DNA of 64,000 bases, taken from the NCBI GenBank assembly GCA_037447605.1, contig CM074806.1, forward strand, positions 620,001 to 684,000, read 5' to 3'. Below are positions 36,901 to 49,885 of the stretch, piece after piece. The position numbers and the translations under genes were made by a program. The notes under the pieces are model-generated. The model was not told the origin of the DNA. It did not search any database and saw only the letters and a list, made by a program, of their open reading frames with translations. Origin of the DNA: Zygnema circumcarinatum SAG 698-1b. Taxonomy: Eukaryota > Plantae > Zygnematophyceae. Each line of letters starts with the position of its first letter. Positions within the stretch are counted from its first letter, which is position 1.

Positions 36901-39900
36901 CTCCCTCCCTCCCTCCCTCCCTCCCACTCCCTCCCTCCCTCCCCTCCCTTCCTCCCTCCCCTCCCTCCCTCCTCCTCCCTCCCTCCCTCCCTCCTCCCTC
37001 CTCCCTCCCTCCCTCCTCCCTCCTCCCTCCCTCCCTCCCTCCCTCCTCCCTCCCTCCTCCTCCTCCTCCCTCCCTCCCTCCCTCCTCCCTCCCTCCTCCC
37101 TCCCTCCTCCTCCTCCCTCCCTCCTCCCTCCCCCCAGACAGTCCGCCCTCCTCGCGGTGGAGGAGCTCCTCCGCGTGGCGCAGTCTGCCTCTTTGCAGCG
37201 TCTCGCGCGGGCCGAGAGCCCTCCCCTCGTGGTCCGCCTCGTGCGGCGGTACGCCCTCCCTCCCGCGGAGGGAGAGCTCCTGCAGCTGCTCTTCATGAGG
37301 GGGGCCTCCCGCTCTCCCGCTGTGAGAGCGGCATCAGGTCGGCACCACTCAACTTTGGGCCTTTTTTTTTGTGTAGAAGCATTACAGACAGGTTTCAGTT
37401 GCAAAGTCGAGAGCTTTGGACCACTGCACTGAATTGAATTGAATTGAACTGCTTGATATGGGCTTACTGATGAGAAGCTTGAGCTCTTATTCTTGGCACC
37501 TTCTACCCCCTGGCTGGGGGCACGTGGAGGCAATCTATTGGGTTTCTAAAGGGTTGAATGTGCTTGCAGCTGCGAAGTGCGATGAGAGAGAGCAGCTTAT
37601 GGAGATGTGTGGAATGAGCTCTTTAGACTTAGAGGAGTTTCTCGACGACAAAAGGACGCATATTGTGGAAGGCATTGTGTTGGAAGCAGGGGTAAGCGGA
37701 GGCTTTATACATGACTGGATGTCGTTCTCACGTGTGGAAAAATTGCTCTGTTGAGATAGCACGGGGACTTTCAGTCAATGGGAAGTGACTTACCAAAGTA
37801 GGAAGCAATCAACGGAATGCAGAAAAAATAAGTGGCCTATTTCAAGCTGCTGTTTGTTTCAAATGCCTTTTATTGTTCTCTATACTCTCTCAGTTTCTCT
37901 TGTCCTCTCTCCTCCCACTTCCCCTCTCTCTCTTGCCCCGCTCCTTTCTCCTCTCTCCAGTTTCTTCGTTCCTCTCACCACTCCTCCATCCCCTCTCTTT
38001 TCCTATCCCCTTCCTCCTCTCCTTCCTCCTTTCCCCCCCATTATCTCCCTTTCTCCTCTCCTAATCGTACCCTTTTCTCTCTCCACTCCCCTCCCTCCCT
38101 CCCCCCCCTCTCCTCACTCTCTTACAACCTCTCTCTCTGCTCCTCCCTCTCAGGATGAATATGAAGGTAAAACCATTCGGATGGCGAGCGAGGCCGTTTC
38201 CGCACTTCTGCGGCGACCTCTGAAAACGGAACAGCGACTGAAACTGAGCAAAACGGAGCTTCTCAACGTCATGGAAGCGAGTGAGGTGCAGAGATGGATC
38301 CTTTGTGGAATTATAATTCAGCAGCTTTTCCAAACATGCTGCATGCTGAAATTCGAATTCTGGAGTCTTTTATCGCTTCTCGATATTTACAGAACGTGGC
38401 TGAAGCCCCTTCTTTGAAAATGTCAAAAAAGGAACTCCCAAACTTAAACAGGGCTACTTTTTCCGTCTGGAAAATTGCTGCAGGGAAAGCCGAGTCCCAG
38501 TCCTGTTGCTGGTTTGACCACAACGGAAGTTCCATGTTACAGTCGTCGAAAGCGAAAACGTGCGAAGAGTGACAATGAGGAGAAGCATTCCATGAGGAAA
38601 ACAGGCGAAGAAGTGGAAGGAGAGGGAGAGGGAGAGGGAGAAGATGAGGGGGAGGGAGATGGAGAGGGCGAAGGTGAGGGAGAGGGAGAAGCAGAAGACG
38701 TCACAGGTAGCGGAGATTTAATGGGTGAGCTCCGACAGATGGGTCTCATGCAGACAGTCATTCCGTTACCCGCAAGAATGGATGAAAAGGTCAGCGAACT
38801 GAACGGAGGATCTATGGAGAGCGAGGCAGTGGACCAGTCCCGGGTTACGGTTCCATGTGGAAACGTTGCCGGAGTCTCCGTTGCGGGAAACAGTGAGAGC
38901 GGTGTGGCTCCATATGAGTCAAGTTTGGAGTATTTGGACGATGCTTTTCAGATTCTGGCCCTGCTTTTGAGAATAGCTAAAGCTCGACATAAGGAGGATA
39001 TGAAGGAAGCTTGTAATGAAGACAGGCCATGGTACGACAGCTTTCGACCTTCAAAGGTGAGTGTGGATCAGAAGCTGGAAGTTTATGAAATCAAAACAAA
39101 TCAAATATTGGTTGTGAAGGTTTTCTATTGTTGATGGTTTGTCGACTTATTCCTAAAGGTGAAGTTTGGGACAGGTGTCGAGCATCCGCGAGCTGCGAGC
39201 GAAGTTGAAGTATGCGCAGACTCGCCAGCAGGAGAGGATGAAGCTGACGGAGGCGAGGCAGAGGCAGGGACTGGGGGAGCTCCCGCGCTTGGAGGTGCAT
39301 GCATGCATGCGGGAGGGTTTAAGGTTTAGGGTTTGAGGTTTAGGGTTTGAGGTTTAGGGTTTGAGGTTTAGGGTTTGAGGTTTAGGGTTTGAGGTTTAGG
39401 GTTTGAGGTTTAGGGTTTAGCACCCTTCGGTCGCCCCTTTGGTCGCCCTTAGTCACTAGTCGTTAGTTAGTCGTTTAGGAGTTGTCACACTCGTATTCTT
39501 GCTATTTGATTTGAAAGGGACCTTAGTAAAAATGTGGGTTTTTAGGGTTTTTAGGGTTTTTAGGGTTTTTAGGGTTTTAGGGGTGGACTGGTCAGAGATT
39601 TTGGGGAATTAGGAATGATGTTTGGACAAAGTAAATAGCAGAAACTCAAGTTTGAGTTTAGCAAGTGGAGGTCTTGTGAAGCTTTAGGGTTTTGGAATCT
39701 CATGTGCGTTTTTCGTGCAGGCCTTGGCGCGGAAATTTGGGCTTGACGAGTTCGAAAAAAGCGTCATTGTTATGCTCGCCGGTCAGTGTTGCATTTTCAA
39801 TGACTAATATTTTAGGGTTTTGGACTTGCAAGGAGTTTTTTAAGACCGCCATTGCTGGGAAAGCAATACTGCTGTCGATTTTTTTTTCCCGTGAACGGGA

Positions 39901-42550
39901 TCTGAGAGTCTGCATTTGCCTATAAGAGGAAGCTTGTTTAGCTGGATAGCTCTCACCTCGCCTCTTCCCCCTCCCCTTTTTTTTTTCCTTATTTCAAATG
40001 TGAAATTCAGGAGTGTCCATTTCTCCCATCGTGAAAAGCATTTTCGAAGAGCACGCCGACTCTTCGTACAGGAAGTCAAGCGACTCCGTTCAGGTGAGGG
40101 CCACTCCGAATGGCGATTGCAATGTTGGAATCGTAGCGGATTGAGCTGTTTTAGAGTTCGAGATGGGTCTTGTCTCTCTCTCTCCCTCTCTCTCCCTTTC
40201 CCGAAATATATGTATCACTCTTTTTCCCTTCCCCTCTCCCTCTCCCTCGCCCTCTCGCTCTCCTTCTTCTTCTCTCCCTCTCCTTTCCGTCTCCCTCTCC
40301 CTCTCCTGCTCGCTTGTCCTCTTTCACCGTCTCTCCCGCTCCCTCTCCCTCTTCCTCTACCTCTCCCTCCCTCTCTTTAGCTGTTGACCACTGCAAATTC
40401 GTCGATACCGAATGTTGCCTCAGGTGAAGGACATGATAACCGTCTTTTTTGACACCTTCAAGCAGCAGGTACTGCGCCACACCACTTCCTTCTATCTGTG
40501 AAGGGAAATGACACATTCTCATTTACAGCATACACATGATGATCACAACACACATTCCTATTGGACCAGCACAGATATCATAATCACTTTCTTTATTTCA
40601 TCAGAGGCCTCAATACAATTCACTTCATCCTCCTTTCCCTCATCCTCTGTTTTTGCTCAGCATTTACGCAGCACTTCCTTTCTGTACTCGCTGTCAACGC
40701 TTCCAAAACACACCTTTCTGAATCCTCTTTCCTAAACCTCATACATTTGCGACGCTTCTCTTGATATTTCTCTTCCTCCTCAGACCTTCCCCAAAACACT
40801 CGCTCGTGCGGTCCCTTTCATCCCTACATTTGTCCGTACAATGTCCGTACATCCCGCGGCATTACAAACCATCACACTATCAATCCCTCCATCCATATGC
40901 AACACGCTCTTGAACTTACTAATGATACCAGCCCTCCCTCCCTCCCATCCCTCCCTCCTTACCTCCCCTCTCTCCCTCCCTCCCTCCCCTCNNNNNNNNN
41001 NGGAGGGGGAAAGGGGAGAGGAGGGAGGAGGGAGGGGGAAGAGGGGAGGTGGGAGGGGGAGGGGGAAAGGGGAGAGGAGGGAGGAAGGAGGGGGAAGAGG
41101 GGAGGTGGGAGGGGGAGGGGAGAAGGGGGGAGAAGGGAGGAAGAATGGGGGAGGAGTGAGGGGGACGAGGAGGGGAGAAGAGGATAGAGGAGAGGATAGA
41201 GGACAGGAGACCGGAGGGAAGAGAGGGGATAGAGGAGCGGAGAGAGGACAGGAGATTGGAGAGAAGAGAGTAGAGGAAGAGGGGGGAAGAGAGGGAGAAA
41301 GAGAGAGGGACTGGCGGGGAGAGGGAGGCTCGGACTTTGACTCTCTGCTTGAGAACGGATGAGGCGATGCAGATAACGATGGAGCAGGTGGTGCTGCCGG
41401 ACGAGCAGAAGGAACTGCTGCTTCGCACTGTGGACAATTTTGCGAAGTTGAAGGAGTACCGTCGCACCGCGGGTCTGGAAGAGGCTTGGAGCTATGGCGC
41501 GGGGCTGGTCATTCTGCTTTGTGGGGCATCCGGGACCGGAAAAACAATGACAGTCAACGCTCTGGCTAACCATCTTGGTCAGCTTTTTGATCCTTCTGAG
41601 GGTTGCTTATGAAGTTTTCAGACTGTTTTAGGGCTTGCAGACGGAAAGAGATCTGTAAGGGCTAAGCGATGAACGACCCAACTCTCAACTACTACTTGTT
41701 TTTTTTTCACCGTTTATGAAATCCAAGATTGTATTCAGATTTTGAGGGATAGATTCGTGATGAGGGTGCAGGAAAGCGGGTGCTTCTGGTTGACTTTCAG
41801 TCACTTTATTCCGGCAGTCTGAGCAGCGGTAGGGGAGAAGACCAGTCGGCAGATCTGCGAGGTCTTTTTCGGGATGCAGGAATGAACGATGCCGTCATCT
41901 TTTTCGATGAATGTGAAGCCATTTTTGCACAGGTTAAAACCCAGCCCTTGCCGGTGAAAATTACTAAAAACACAAAAGCGAAAAACGGATAAAGGATGGG
42001 AGGGCTAGAATTGCTCTGTTGACGGTTTGGTTTTGGCCGTTGAAAGAACGAACAGAGGCTAAAAAAAAAAGTTTTGGGCGAGACGTGGCAGCGGGAGAGA
42101 GGAGGAGACCGAGTCTTGAATTCTCTTCTGACCGAAATGGAGCGCCACGAGGGCATCATCATGCTGGCAACCAATCGACCGTTGGATCTCGACGAAGCCA
42201 TGCATCGGCGAATCACGTCCGTCCATTTCCCTTTCCCGTTTTTCAATCGGTGGTTCATGCCTTTTTTTCTTTATTTGCATCCTGATTCGAATCTCAAGTT
42301 TTTTTTCTGCAGATGTGTGAGCGAATTCCGACCTCCAGATCATACCCAACGGAGGGATATCTGGAGGGTGGCTTCCAAGAAGCTTCCTGTTTCTCCAGAT
42401 ATCGACTGGGACCGGTTGGCTCTTCGGTGATTTTTTTTTCTCTGTTCTCAGATCCTTGCAGGTCGTAATGCGTTCTAGAATGCAAAACTTTCTTGGAACA
42501 AAACGATTTATTAAAGGAGGACATTAACCATACCCTGAAAAATCCCGATA

Positions 42551-42587
<37 letters not shown>

Positions 42588-42865
42588 CGTAGTATGGCGC
42601 CTGTAGCCTGTATGCTGCTCATATGTAATAGCACAAACATTTCGAATGGAATGGGGACCTTCTGTCTACCTTACGCATAGTGATGGCTGACTGACATTTC
42701 GCTATGTTTGCTGAGATGTGAAGGTATGAGTTGACGGGTGGCTTTATAAAGAATGCGCTTGTGAGTGCTCTGCTTGTGGCGATATCGCGGGACGGTACGG
42801 CTCCGCTCGTGGTAGAGGAGGATGTGGTGACCGGCTGCAGTCTGCAGATGAGGGGCAGCCTGCAA
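36029..42865 (+). CDS. AAA+ ATPase with N-terminal winged-helix-like region; multi-exon; 3' part lost in scaffold gap
   Basis: LPRLEALARKFGLDEFEKSVIVMLA; MEQVVLPDEQKELL; Walker A GLVILLCGASGTGKTMT; Walker B AVIFFDECEAIF; LLTEMERHEGIIMLATNRP..LDEAMHRRI; YELTGGFIKNAL; last visible donor at 42866. Some middle exons are uncertain. Confidence 0.8.
39315..39420 (+). repeat. Interstitial telomere-like array in AAA intron: alternating GGTTTAG/GGTTTGA (14-bp unit, ~6 copies); TTTTTAGGG-type run at ~39535-39582
   Basis: Directly visible. Confidence 0.85.
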
Positions 42866-43079
42866 GTGAGCTCAGGGGATGGACCCTTTGGGAGAATTCA
42901 GTTTGTTTTAAGGAAATGGGGGACTTTTTGGGGGGTTTCTTTGTTTTTCCGGTTCTGCCAGGTTCTAAGAAGAAGCCCTATTTTCTTTAATTTATTTTGA
43001 GTTGATCAATTGTAGCTGAAAACGTTGAATGTCTAGAAAATAGATTCTACTAGCCAATAGGTTCTCCGTCCCGCTCTTC

Positions 43080-43179
43080 NNNNNNNNNNNNNNNNNNNNN
43101 NNNNNNNNNNNNNNNNNNNNNNNNNNNNNNNNNNNNNNNNNNNNNNNNNNNNNNNNNNNNNNNNNNNNNNNNNNNNNNN
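43080..43179. other. 100-N scaffold gap truncating the AAA gene and the RabF2 gene
   Basis: N run; both flanking genes lack C-terminal exons. Confidence 0.95.
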
Positions 43180-43302
43180 AACAAACCTAAAAAAATTGAG
43201 TTCGCTCACTACGAACTGCCATACAGTGTTTTGTTGTTACAATACTAATAAGTAGTTGAATTTTTCAGTCAACAAATATGGTAAGGTCCCCCTCATGCTT
43301 AC

Positions 43303-44750
43303 CTCCGTTTCCACCTTCCGCTTTGCCGTCAAATCCGCCTTGTTCCCAGCCAGTGCCATAATGAGATGCGGATTTCCTGCACCTCACACCGCCGCCCTTC
43401 AGCTGTTTTCCTGAACAATCTAGCTAAGTCTAGATAATTCCAAAAAAAAAACCGGAAAACCGGAAATGAAGGTCTCGGAACAAACAAAGGAGTTCGTCCT
43501 TGCTTGTCAATATGATCACTAAGTACTAAGATTTACAACCAGCGCATTGCAATGTAAGCCTCTACACATGCAGAATAAATGACAGTTTTAACTTACCTTG
43601 TCGTTGTAGCTCCTCCACCCACTTTTTTGCCCTCGCAAAAGATTCCTGCAAGACAAGGCATTACCCTCATCATCATACCCAGAGAGTCCCTTACGACTAT
43701 CGAAACCAAAAGTTTAACGTTAAAGACAATGCCCGAGTCCAAAATCACCCTGAACCCACATATACATGAAACAATGGGTGCACTGCTTACCGTGTGCGTG
43801 ATATCATAAACAATAATGGCTGCAGCAGCTCCCCGATAGTACATGGGAGCCAAGCTGTGATACCGCTCCTGCCCGGCCGTATCCCAAATTTCAAACTTAA
43901 CCGTAATATCATTCACTGCCACCGTTTGGGTCAAAAATGCCGCTCCAATTGTGGACTCCTGCAAGCAAACCGATCACGTTCACAAGAACAAGACCATGTT
44001 TTCGTCAGGAAGCAGCAAAATAACACTTAACTAGCAACAAAAACAACAAAGCTCCCTCCCTCTCCTTCTCCCTCTCCCTCTCCCTCTCCCTCGCTCTCTC
44101 ACACACTCACCTGGTAATCGAAGAACTGCCCTTTCACAAACCTCAGCACCAGGCTGGATTTGCCGGCGCCCATGTCCCCCAAAAGGACCTGCAAGCGCGC
44201 ATGCAATCAGAAGTCAAGACTCCCGAGTTCTGACATCGTGGGATTTCGGGTTGAGGAACTTTGGAACCTGTTACTTTATTTGAGCTCAGAGCATGGCGAG
44301 CCTCCGCAGACAGCCATCATGCTGCTCCCTGGAAGAGCGTATCTTTCAACTGTTTCTTTGCAAGTGTCAACTGAAAAGGTATGACTAATCAAGTCACATC
44401 AACCCTTAATTAAAAAAGAAACGAAGACAAGCAGCAGGAGGACGTTCGTAATTATCAAATTAAAAAAGAGCCTCCCTACCAGATACCGCTATTGATTCTT
44501 TTACTTCCGTGTAACTGGAAGCATGGAACAGTACCAATGGGCAACCGGGCAACTCTGTTCTATGTCTCAGTTAGGGCCCAAAAAATTACATTATTGAAAA
44601 AATGGCAAGAATACAGAAATCCACTTTCATGCAAGCATCTACAAAAAGAACATCGTATTCATTCATTCATTCTGAAGACGATGAAAGCAGAACTCTCGAA
44701 TGCATACGCACCAGCTTGGCCTGCATGTTGGTACCGCCCACCGCCGCCAT
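43303..44750 (-). CDS. RABF2: Rab5-family GTPase RabF2 (RHA1/ARA7-like); C-terminal exons missing at gap
   Basis: [13 protein letters not shown]|[26 protein letters not shown]|[55 protein letters not shown]|[16 protein letters not shown]|[16 protein letters not shown]; lacks the ARA6-type N-terminal acylation extension. Confidence 0.92.
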
Positions 44751-46263
44751 TCCTGAACTAGCCCCAACAACCGGTCCAACACTCGAACCTTAACCTCTTC
44801 GACGACTTTCCTCAAATTAAACCGAGCAGAATGCTTTTCTCTTAAAACCGAAGCGAGGAATAGAAAGCCCTCTGTAATGTAAAACGACCCCAAATGCTCA
44901 AATTCCTCCTGCGGCTTCTTCAGCTGCTGTTTCACGCCCAGGAGAACTGCCAACCCTAATCTCCGCCATGGCTACCTTCCTTGAGCTCGAAGCTTCTGGG
45001 ACGACGCGCCTGTCTGCTGACGTTTCCCATCGCCCGGGAGCGAGCCAGGCCCTTTGAATCGACGGCCAGGATCAATTCCACAAATTTAGGAGCATCTACG
45101 ATGCGTTCCTTACACGTGTAATTGAAGCAAGATCCACGCGTGTAATCGACGGTTCATAATAATTCCTTGGACGATCGAGCCAATGATATGAGCAATTTAC
45201 GCGTGCGAAAGGATCAAAGTGAAACCGCCCGTTCAGAGGTAGTTGCGCGGCGCGGCCACGCTGCTATATGCTCGAATCCCGCCGTTAAACTGGGAATTTG
45301 AACAGTTCAACTGGATTCTATCGTGTAGTCGCCTTAACACGGGAACAAGATGTTTGTTATGTTCTGCGCTTTGACGTCACTTTCGTACAGTTATCATGAC
45401 GTGTCCTCTGTTCCGAACGGCAACTTTTTGTCTTTTTGCAAAGATCCATTCTGGGACTGTAACGCGTCACCAGTTGCGGCACATGGAATGCACAAAAGCC
45501 AAAAAGTGGCGTGTCATTATCGACGTCATCGTCACACCACGTCATTCATGGACTCTGCACTCCGTACGCAACTCAGCGCGGTACGGACATTTTATGTACG
45601 GTTCGTACGTCCTACTGTGCGTCAGTACAGTAGGCTTCCCAATTCGCTAAAGCTGGGGGCAGCCTCCACGCTGGTGCGGAATCAACCAATGAAAACACGC
45701 CACGTTTACCGAGTTACACACGTGGCACGCCCCTATTGGTTGAGGCTGGAGCAGGGTTTTCTGCTATGGGCATCGCCTGTCCCCATGCTCTCCCTCCTTC
45801 CATGGCGAGCTGCAGGCAAGAGGGGTCTCCGGTAGCCATGGCCGGGGCATGGGGGGCTGGCCATGGCCGCCGTGCACACCAGAATTAGGGTACCGCCATG
45901 GCTGTCTGCCTGCCGCGTGTCCAATTGAAGCTTCCTCTTCGTCGTTCTTTCTATCGCACGATCGAATTCGGCTCATCACGTTCCCAGACGCACCTCTCAT
46001 AGCCTCTCCCTCTTCCTCCCCGTCCCTCTCTTCTTCCTCTCTTGCTCTTTTCGTTCTCTCCTCTCCCCCTCTCCCTCTCCCCCTCTCCCTCTCCCTCTCT
46101 TGCTCGCTCTCCCTCTTCATCTCTTCTCCCCCCCCCTCTCCCTCCCCCTCTCTCTATCTTCGCCCTCTCCCTCTCCCTCTCCCCCTCCCCCTCCCCCTCC
46201 CTCTATCCGCTCCCTCTATCCTCTCCCTCTATCCTCTCCCTCTCTCCCCGCTGCGTAGCGTCC

Positions 46264-48702
46264 ATGGAGCGCTCATCCAGCTCGAAGCGTTGGGATTTGG
46301 AGGGCCACCGCGACTCCATGTCGGAGCCTGTTCCGTTGCTCGCCCCAACGCTGAACGGCAAGGCGAGCACGGAGCGGCCGGAGGCGCTGGACCTCGAGGC
46401 GGGGGAGGGCGACCAGCCGCAGTGCCGCATCTGCCTCGAAACCAACGGTCAGGGGGGCTCAGGGTTCAGGGTGTGGGGTTGCTGGGTTCAGGGCTATTCA
46501 ATTATCTGAAGGGGAGAGGCTGTATGTTGAGGGTTTTGTGGGGGAAATAAAGAGAGCTTGAGTCGGTGTACGTGAGGAGGAGGGAACTGTGATGGTGTGG
46601 ATGTGAAGCTGATTCCATTGGATACCCTAAGAACCCTTTTAAGTTAATGGTCTTTTGTGAATTTCACATAATTGTGGGAGCTGGACATGATGGGAAGTTG
46701 TGAAGGTGTTTTTCCTGGTTTCTAGGATCGTCTGGTACTCTCCATCCGTCTTTCATCGTTGCATCTTCAAGAACTTTTTTTTTGTTAAGGAAAAAGGGCA
46801 TCCTCTTGACAATTCATTGAGCGGATAGCCGTATTTTTATTGCAGGACGGGATCTAATTGCTCCTTGCCGCTGTCGAGGGTCTGCCAAGTATGTTCATCG
46901 TGGATGTCTTGACAGATGGCGCTCAACGAAGGTATTTTACATTCACAAGCTTCACCTTGGTCTTCCCATTTCTTTTGGCCTCCACCATCGAAGGTTCAAG
47001 CAAACGAATGACAAGGAATAGCGGCGTAAAATGAAAAGTGAGGGGGGCGGGTGGGGGGAGGGGGGAGAGAGGGTGGGGGGGAGAGGGTGGGGGGGAGAGG
47101 GTGGGGGAGGAGTGATGTGAAGTTAGCTCGACAGTAAAAAGCTCAGAGGTATATTGTTCTTATATTAGTAACATGTTCGTATACAACTGATGTTGCTTGG
47201 GCTTTTGCAGGAAGGATTCGCGTTCGCTCACTGCTCTACATGCCGAATGCCGTTCCATCTCCGCGTGCATGTGCCTGCAGATAAACAGTGGAGAACACTC
47301 AAATTTCGATTCTTTGTGACACGGGATCTGTTATTGGTAACAGCAGCTGTTCAGTTGGTGAGTCGACTCATGCTTGCTTGAGTTGCTCGGACCTTCCCTT
47401 CAGCTTCCATGAATTCAGTAAACCGTGTGTAGAGAAATCTCTGAACTTACAAGAAGCTCTGTGTTTTCTCTTCTCAAATAGTAGCTGTGTATGGTCGGCT
47501 TCTCAGTAAAGTAGGATATGATTCGAAAGATGTCACAATTCAATGGGAGAGGTATTCTGATTCATCTCTTGGTTGCGTTCTGTCCTTCTGAACTGGAACT
47601 GGCAGATAATTGTATTGCTTGGGTATGGAGTTTATCGAATCGATCATCTTCAAGCAGAGCACTTTCGAAAAACGTTCAAATTTGATTACGTTGTACCATT
47701 TTACTATTTTTGTGGTAAGAAGAAGGGCCCATTCGCCGCTTCAGGAATGTTTAGAGCTGCCTATAGTGTTAAAATTGCAAAAACCGCTGTGAGAAAACAA
47801 TGTATGGAGTGGCATTGAGGCCAGGGAGAAGCTTACTTTTATGGTACATGTTGTGAGGGATTTTTTCCTTCCTCAGGTGTTGCCATATTTCTTGTTATGG
47901 CTGGAATCATGGGCTGTGTATGGACATGCTACGACCGTCGGATTCGCGCCGATTTTTCGGAGCCCTGCAGAGATGCATGTCTCTGCTGCTGCCATCCATG
48001 GTGCGCTCTTTTTCATACCCTAATTCAGCACCTTTCAGAACTGGCAATGCAGAACTCTTTACCCTGAATGTGCTGGAAGCCAACAATCCAACACTCTGAA
48101 TGAGCTTTCTTGGCCGGAACTGCAGGGTTTGTGGCGACTGTTACATGTGTCTTTGGCTCGACTGCACCACATGCTGTGAGGGCTGTGTTGCCTCCGCCGG
48201 TGAATGCTTTACAGCCGCCGGAAGCATGGGAGAACTTGGAGCGGCATTCTTCATGTTGTTGGCAGTCCTAGTGTTGGGATTTTTGGCGGTGTTCGGACTG
48301 TTCTACAGCCTTTTGGTAGTCACTATGGTGGTGCAACGAATATGGCAACGGCATAACCATGTTTTGGCGAAACGCATGCTGTCGAAGGTATGTTGCTGAA
48401 TGCAGGAACTTGCAAAATGCTATGTCATGTCACATCGAATGCTGTATGGTGATCATGTGGGCCTAATAGCGGAATTTTATGACTTGAAGATGTCAACAGG
48501 TATTGGTGTTAGGTTATATTTTTGCGTTGAAAAAGTTGGGAGGATCATATGATGTTCCTTGTGATGCTGATGTGATGTTTTTTGGGAATTTCAGGAGTAT
48601 GTAGTCGAAGATTTAGATGGAGAAAGCCTATCCTCCGATTGGAGGCCGCCTCCTCTGCCGGCTGAGCACGTGCAGCAGCTCAAAGACCTCGGCCTTCTAT
48701 GA
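46264..48702 (+). CDS. RING-CH (RINGv/MARCH-type) transmembrane E3 ubiquitin ligase
   Basis: QCRICLE..G|RDLIAPCRCRGSAKYVHRGCLDRWRSTK|EGFAFAHCSTC; TM segments; Cys-rich CLWLDCTTCCEGC; plant-typical end EYVVEDLDGE...PPPLPAEHVQQLKDLGLL*. Confidence 0.9.
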
Positions 48703-49668
48703 GAGTTCGCTCACTGTACCAATGTTCAAAAAAAGGGAGTTTCGAACTTCGTCTCCGAAACTCCAAATCATTTAAAACTGCCTCCACATCCTGGAGGCGA
48801 AATGGAAGAACACTCAGTTGAATCTCTGTCTCTCTCGGAGGTTGTACTATGCATGAACTGTTGTTGTGCTTGTAGAGAAGTTTTGCACCTGCAAAATAGG
48901 AGGGAAGGGCTTAGGCTGGTTAGGTTAGGGCAGGCAGGCTGTGACTTAGAAATTTTTTTGGGGTTGAGCGTTGTAGGGCGTAGGCGTAGTTGGGGGGGCG
49001 CAGGCATCACTCCACGGCGGCTTTGTTCAGCTTTGGGTTCACATTTTAGTAAGGATGAGGAGAGAGCATTAGGGAGGCAGAGGCGAAATTAGAGAGGAAG
49101 GAAGGGAGACAGCGAGAGAGATGGCGAGGGAGAGAGAGGGATGGAAGGAGAGAGGGCGCCCTAAGGTCCTTTGTATAGGACCAAGAAGGGCCATTTTCAA
49201 GAAAACTGTATAGGGTTCATTAGTGAACTAGTTCAAAGCTTTGGTTTCGTCTCTGGCCTACTTGGGCTCCTAGTTTATCAATGTCGGCAGTTTTTCCAAT
49301 CTTTGAGTTTTTGGAAAATGGAGAGATTTGGACAAATCCGTAAATGGCCCAAACGCAGATTTATTTTGCATTGCATGAAATGTGCACAATTCGCTGCTGC
49401 CACGCCTTTTCGAGAGCTCTCCTGCAGTGCTTCAAAACAACAGAGGCTGCCTTTCTAACCGTATGGGGGGGAGGGGGCAGGGGTAAACAATAATGAAAAA
49501 ACTTTCTTTTCGCAGGCCGCAGTTCTGTTCTAGTCTTTTCAATAATAGTAATGTTCAATGTTCAACGGTACAACGAAGCGATCTCGATATTGCATAAATG
49601 CTACGACAAAGAAACGAAAAAAAAACGCATAGACCTGAAGTTTTTTTCATGATTTTTTTATGAAAAAG

Positions 49669-49740
49669 CTCTCCGGCCGGGAATTGAACCCGGGTCTCCC
49701 GCGTGACAGGCGGGGATACTTACCACTATACTACCGAAGA
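49669..49740 (-). tRNA. trnD-GTC: tRNA-Asp(GTC)
   Basis: TCTTCGGTAGTATAGTGGTAAGTATCCCCGCCTGTCACGCGGGAGACCCGGGTTCAATTCCCGGCCGGAGAG; cloverleaf folds; A/B boxes; followed by a T-run. Confidence 0.97.
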
Positions 49741-49885
49741 AGCAGATGAATATTTTGTTTCAGTTTTTAATCTAAAGTGTAAACGTAAAGTTTACATCCA
49801 TGACTTGCATTTCTCTCTCCCTCTCTCTCTCCCTCTGTCTCTCTCGCTCTCTCTCTCTCTCTCGCTCTCTCTCTCTCGCACGGCA

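Noticed and set aside
43303-44750. ARA6/RabF1 identity
   Set aside because: No MGCxxS N-terminus; ESTIGAAF and YHSLAPMYY match canonical RabF2.
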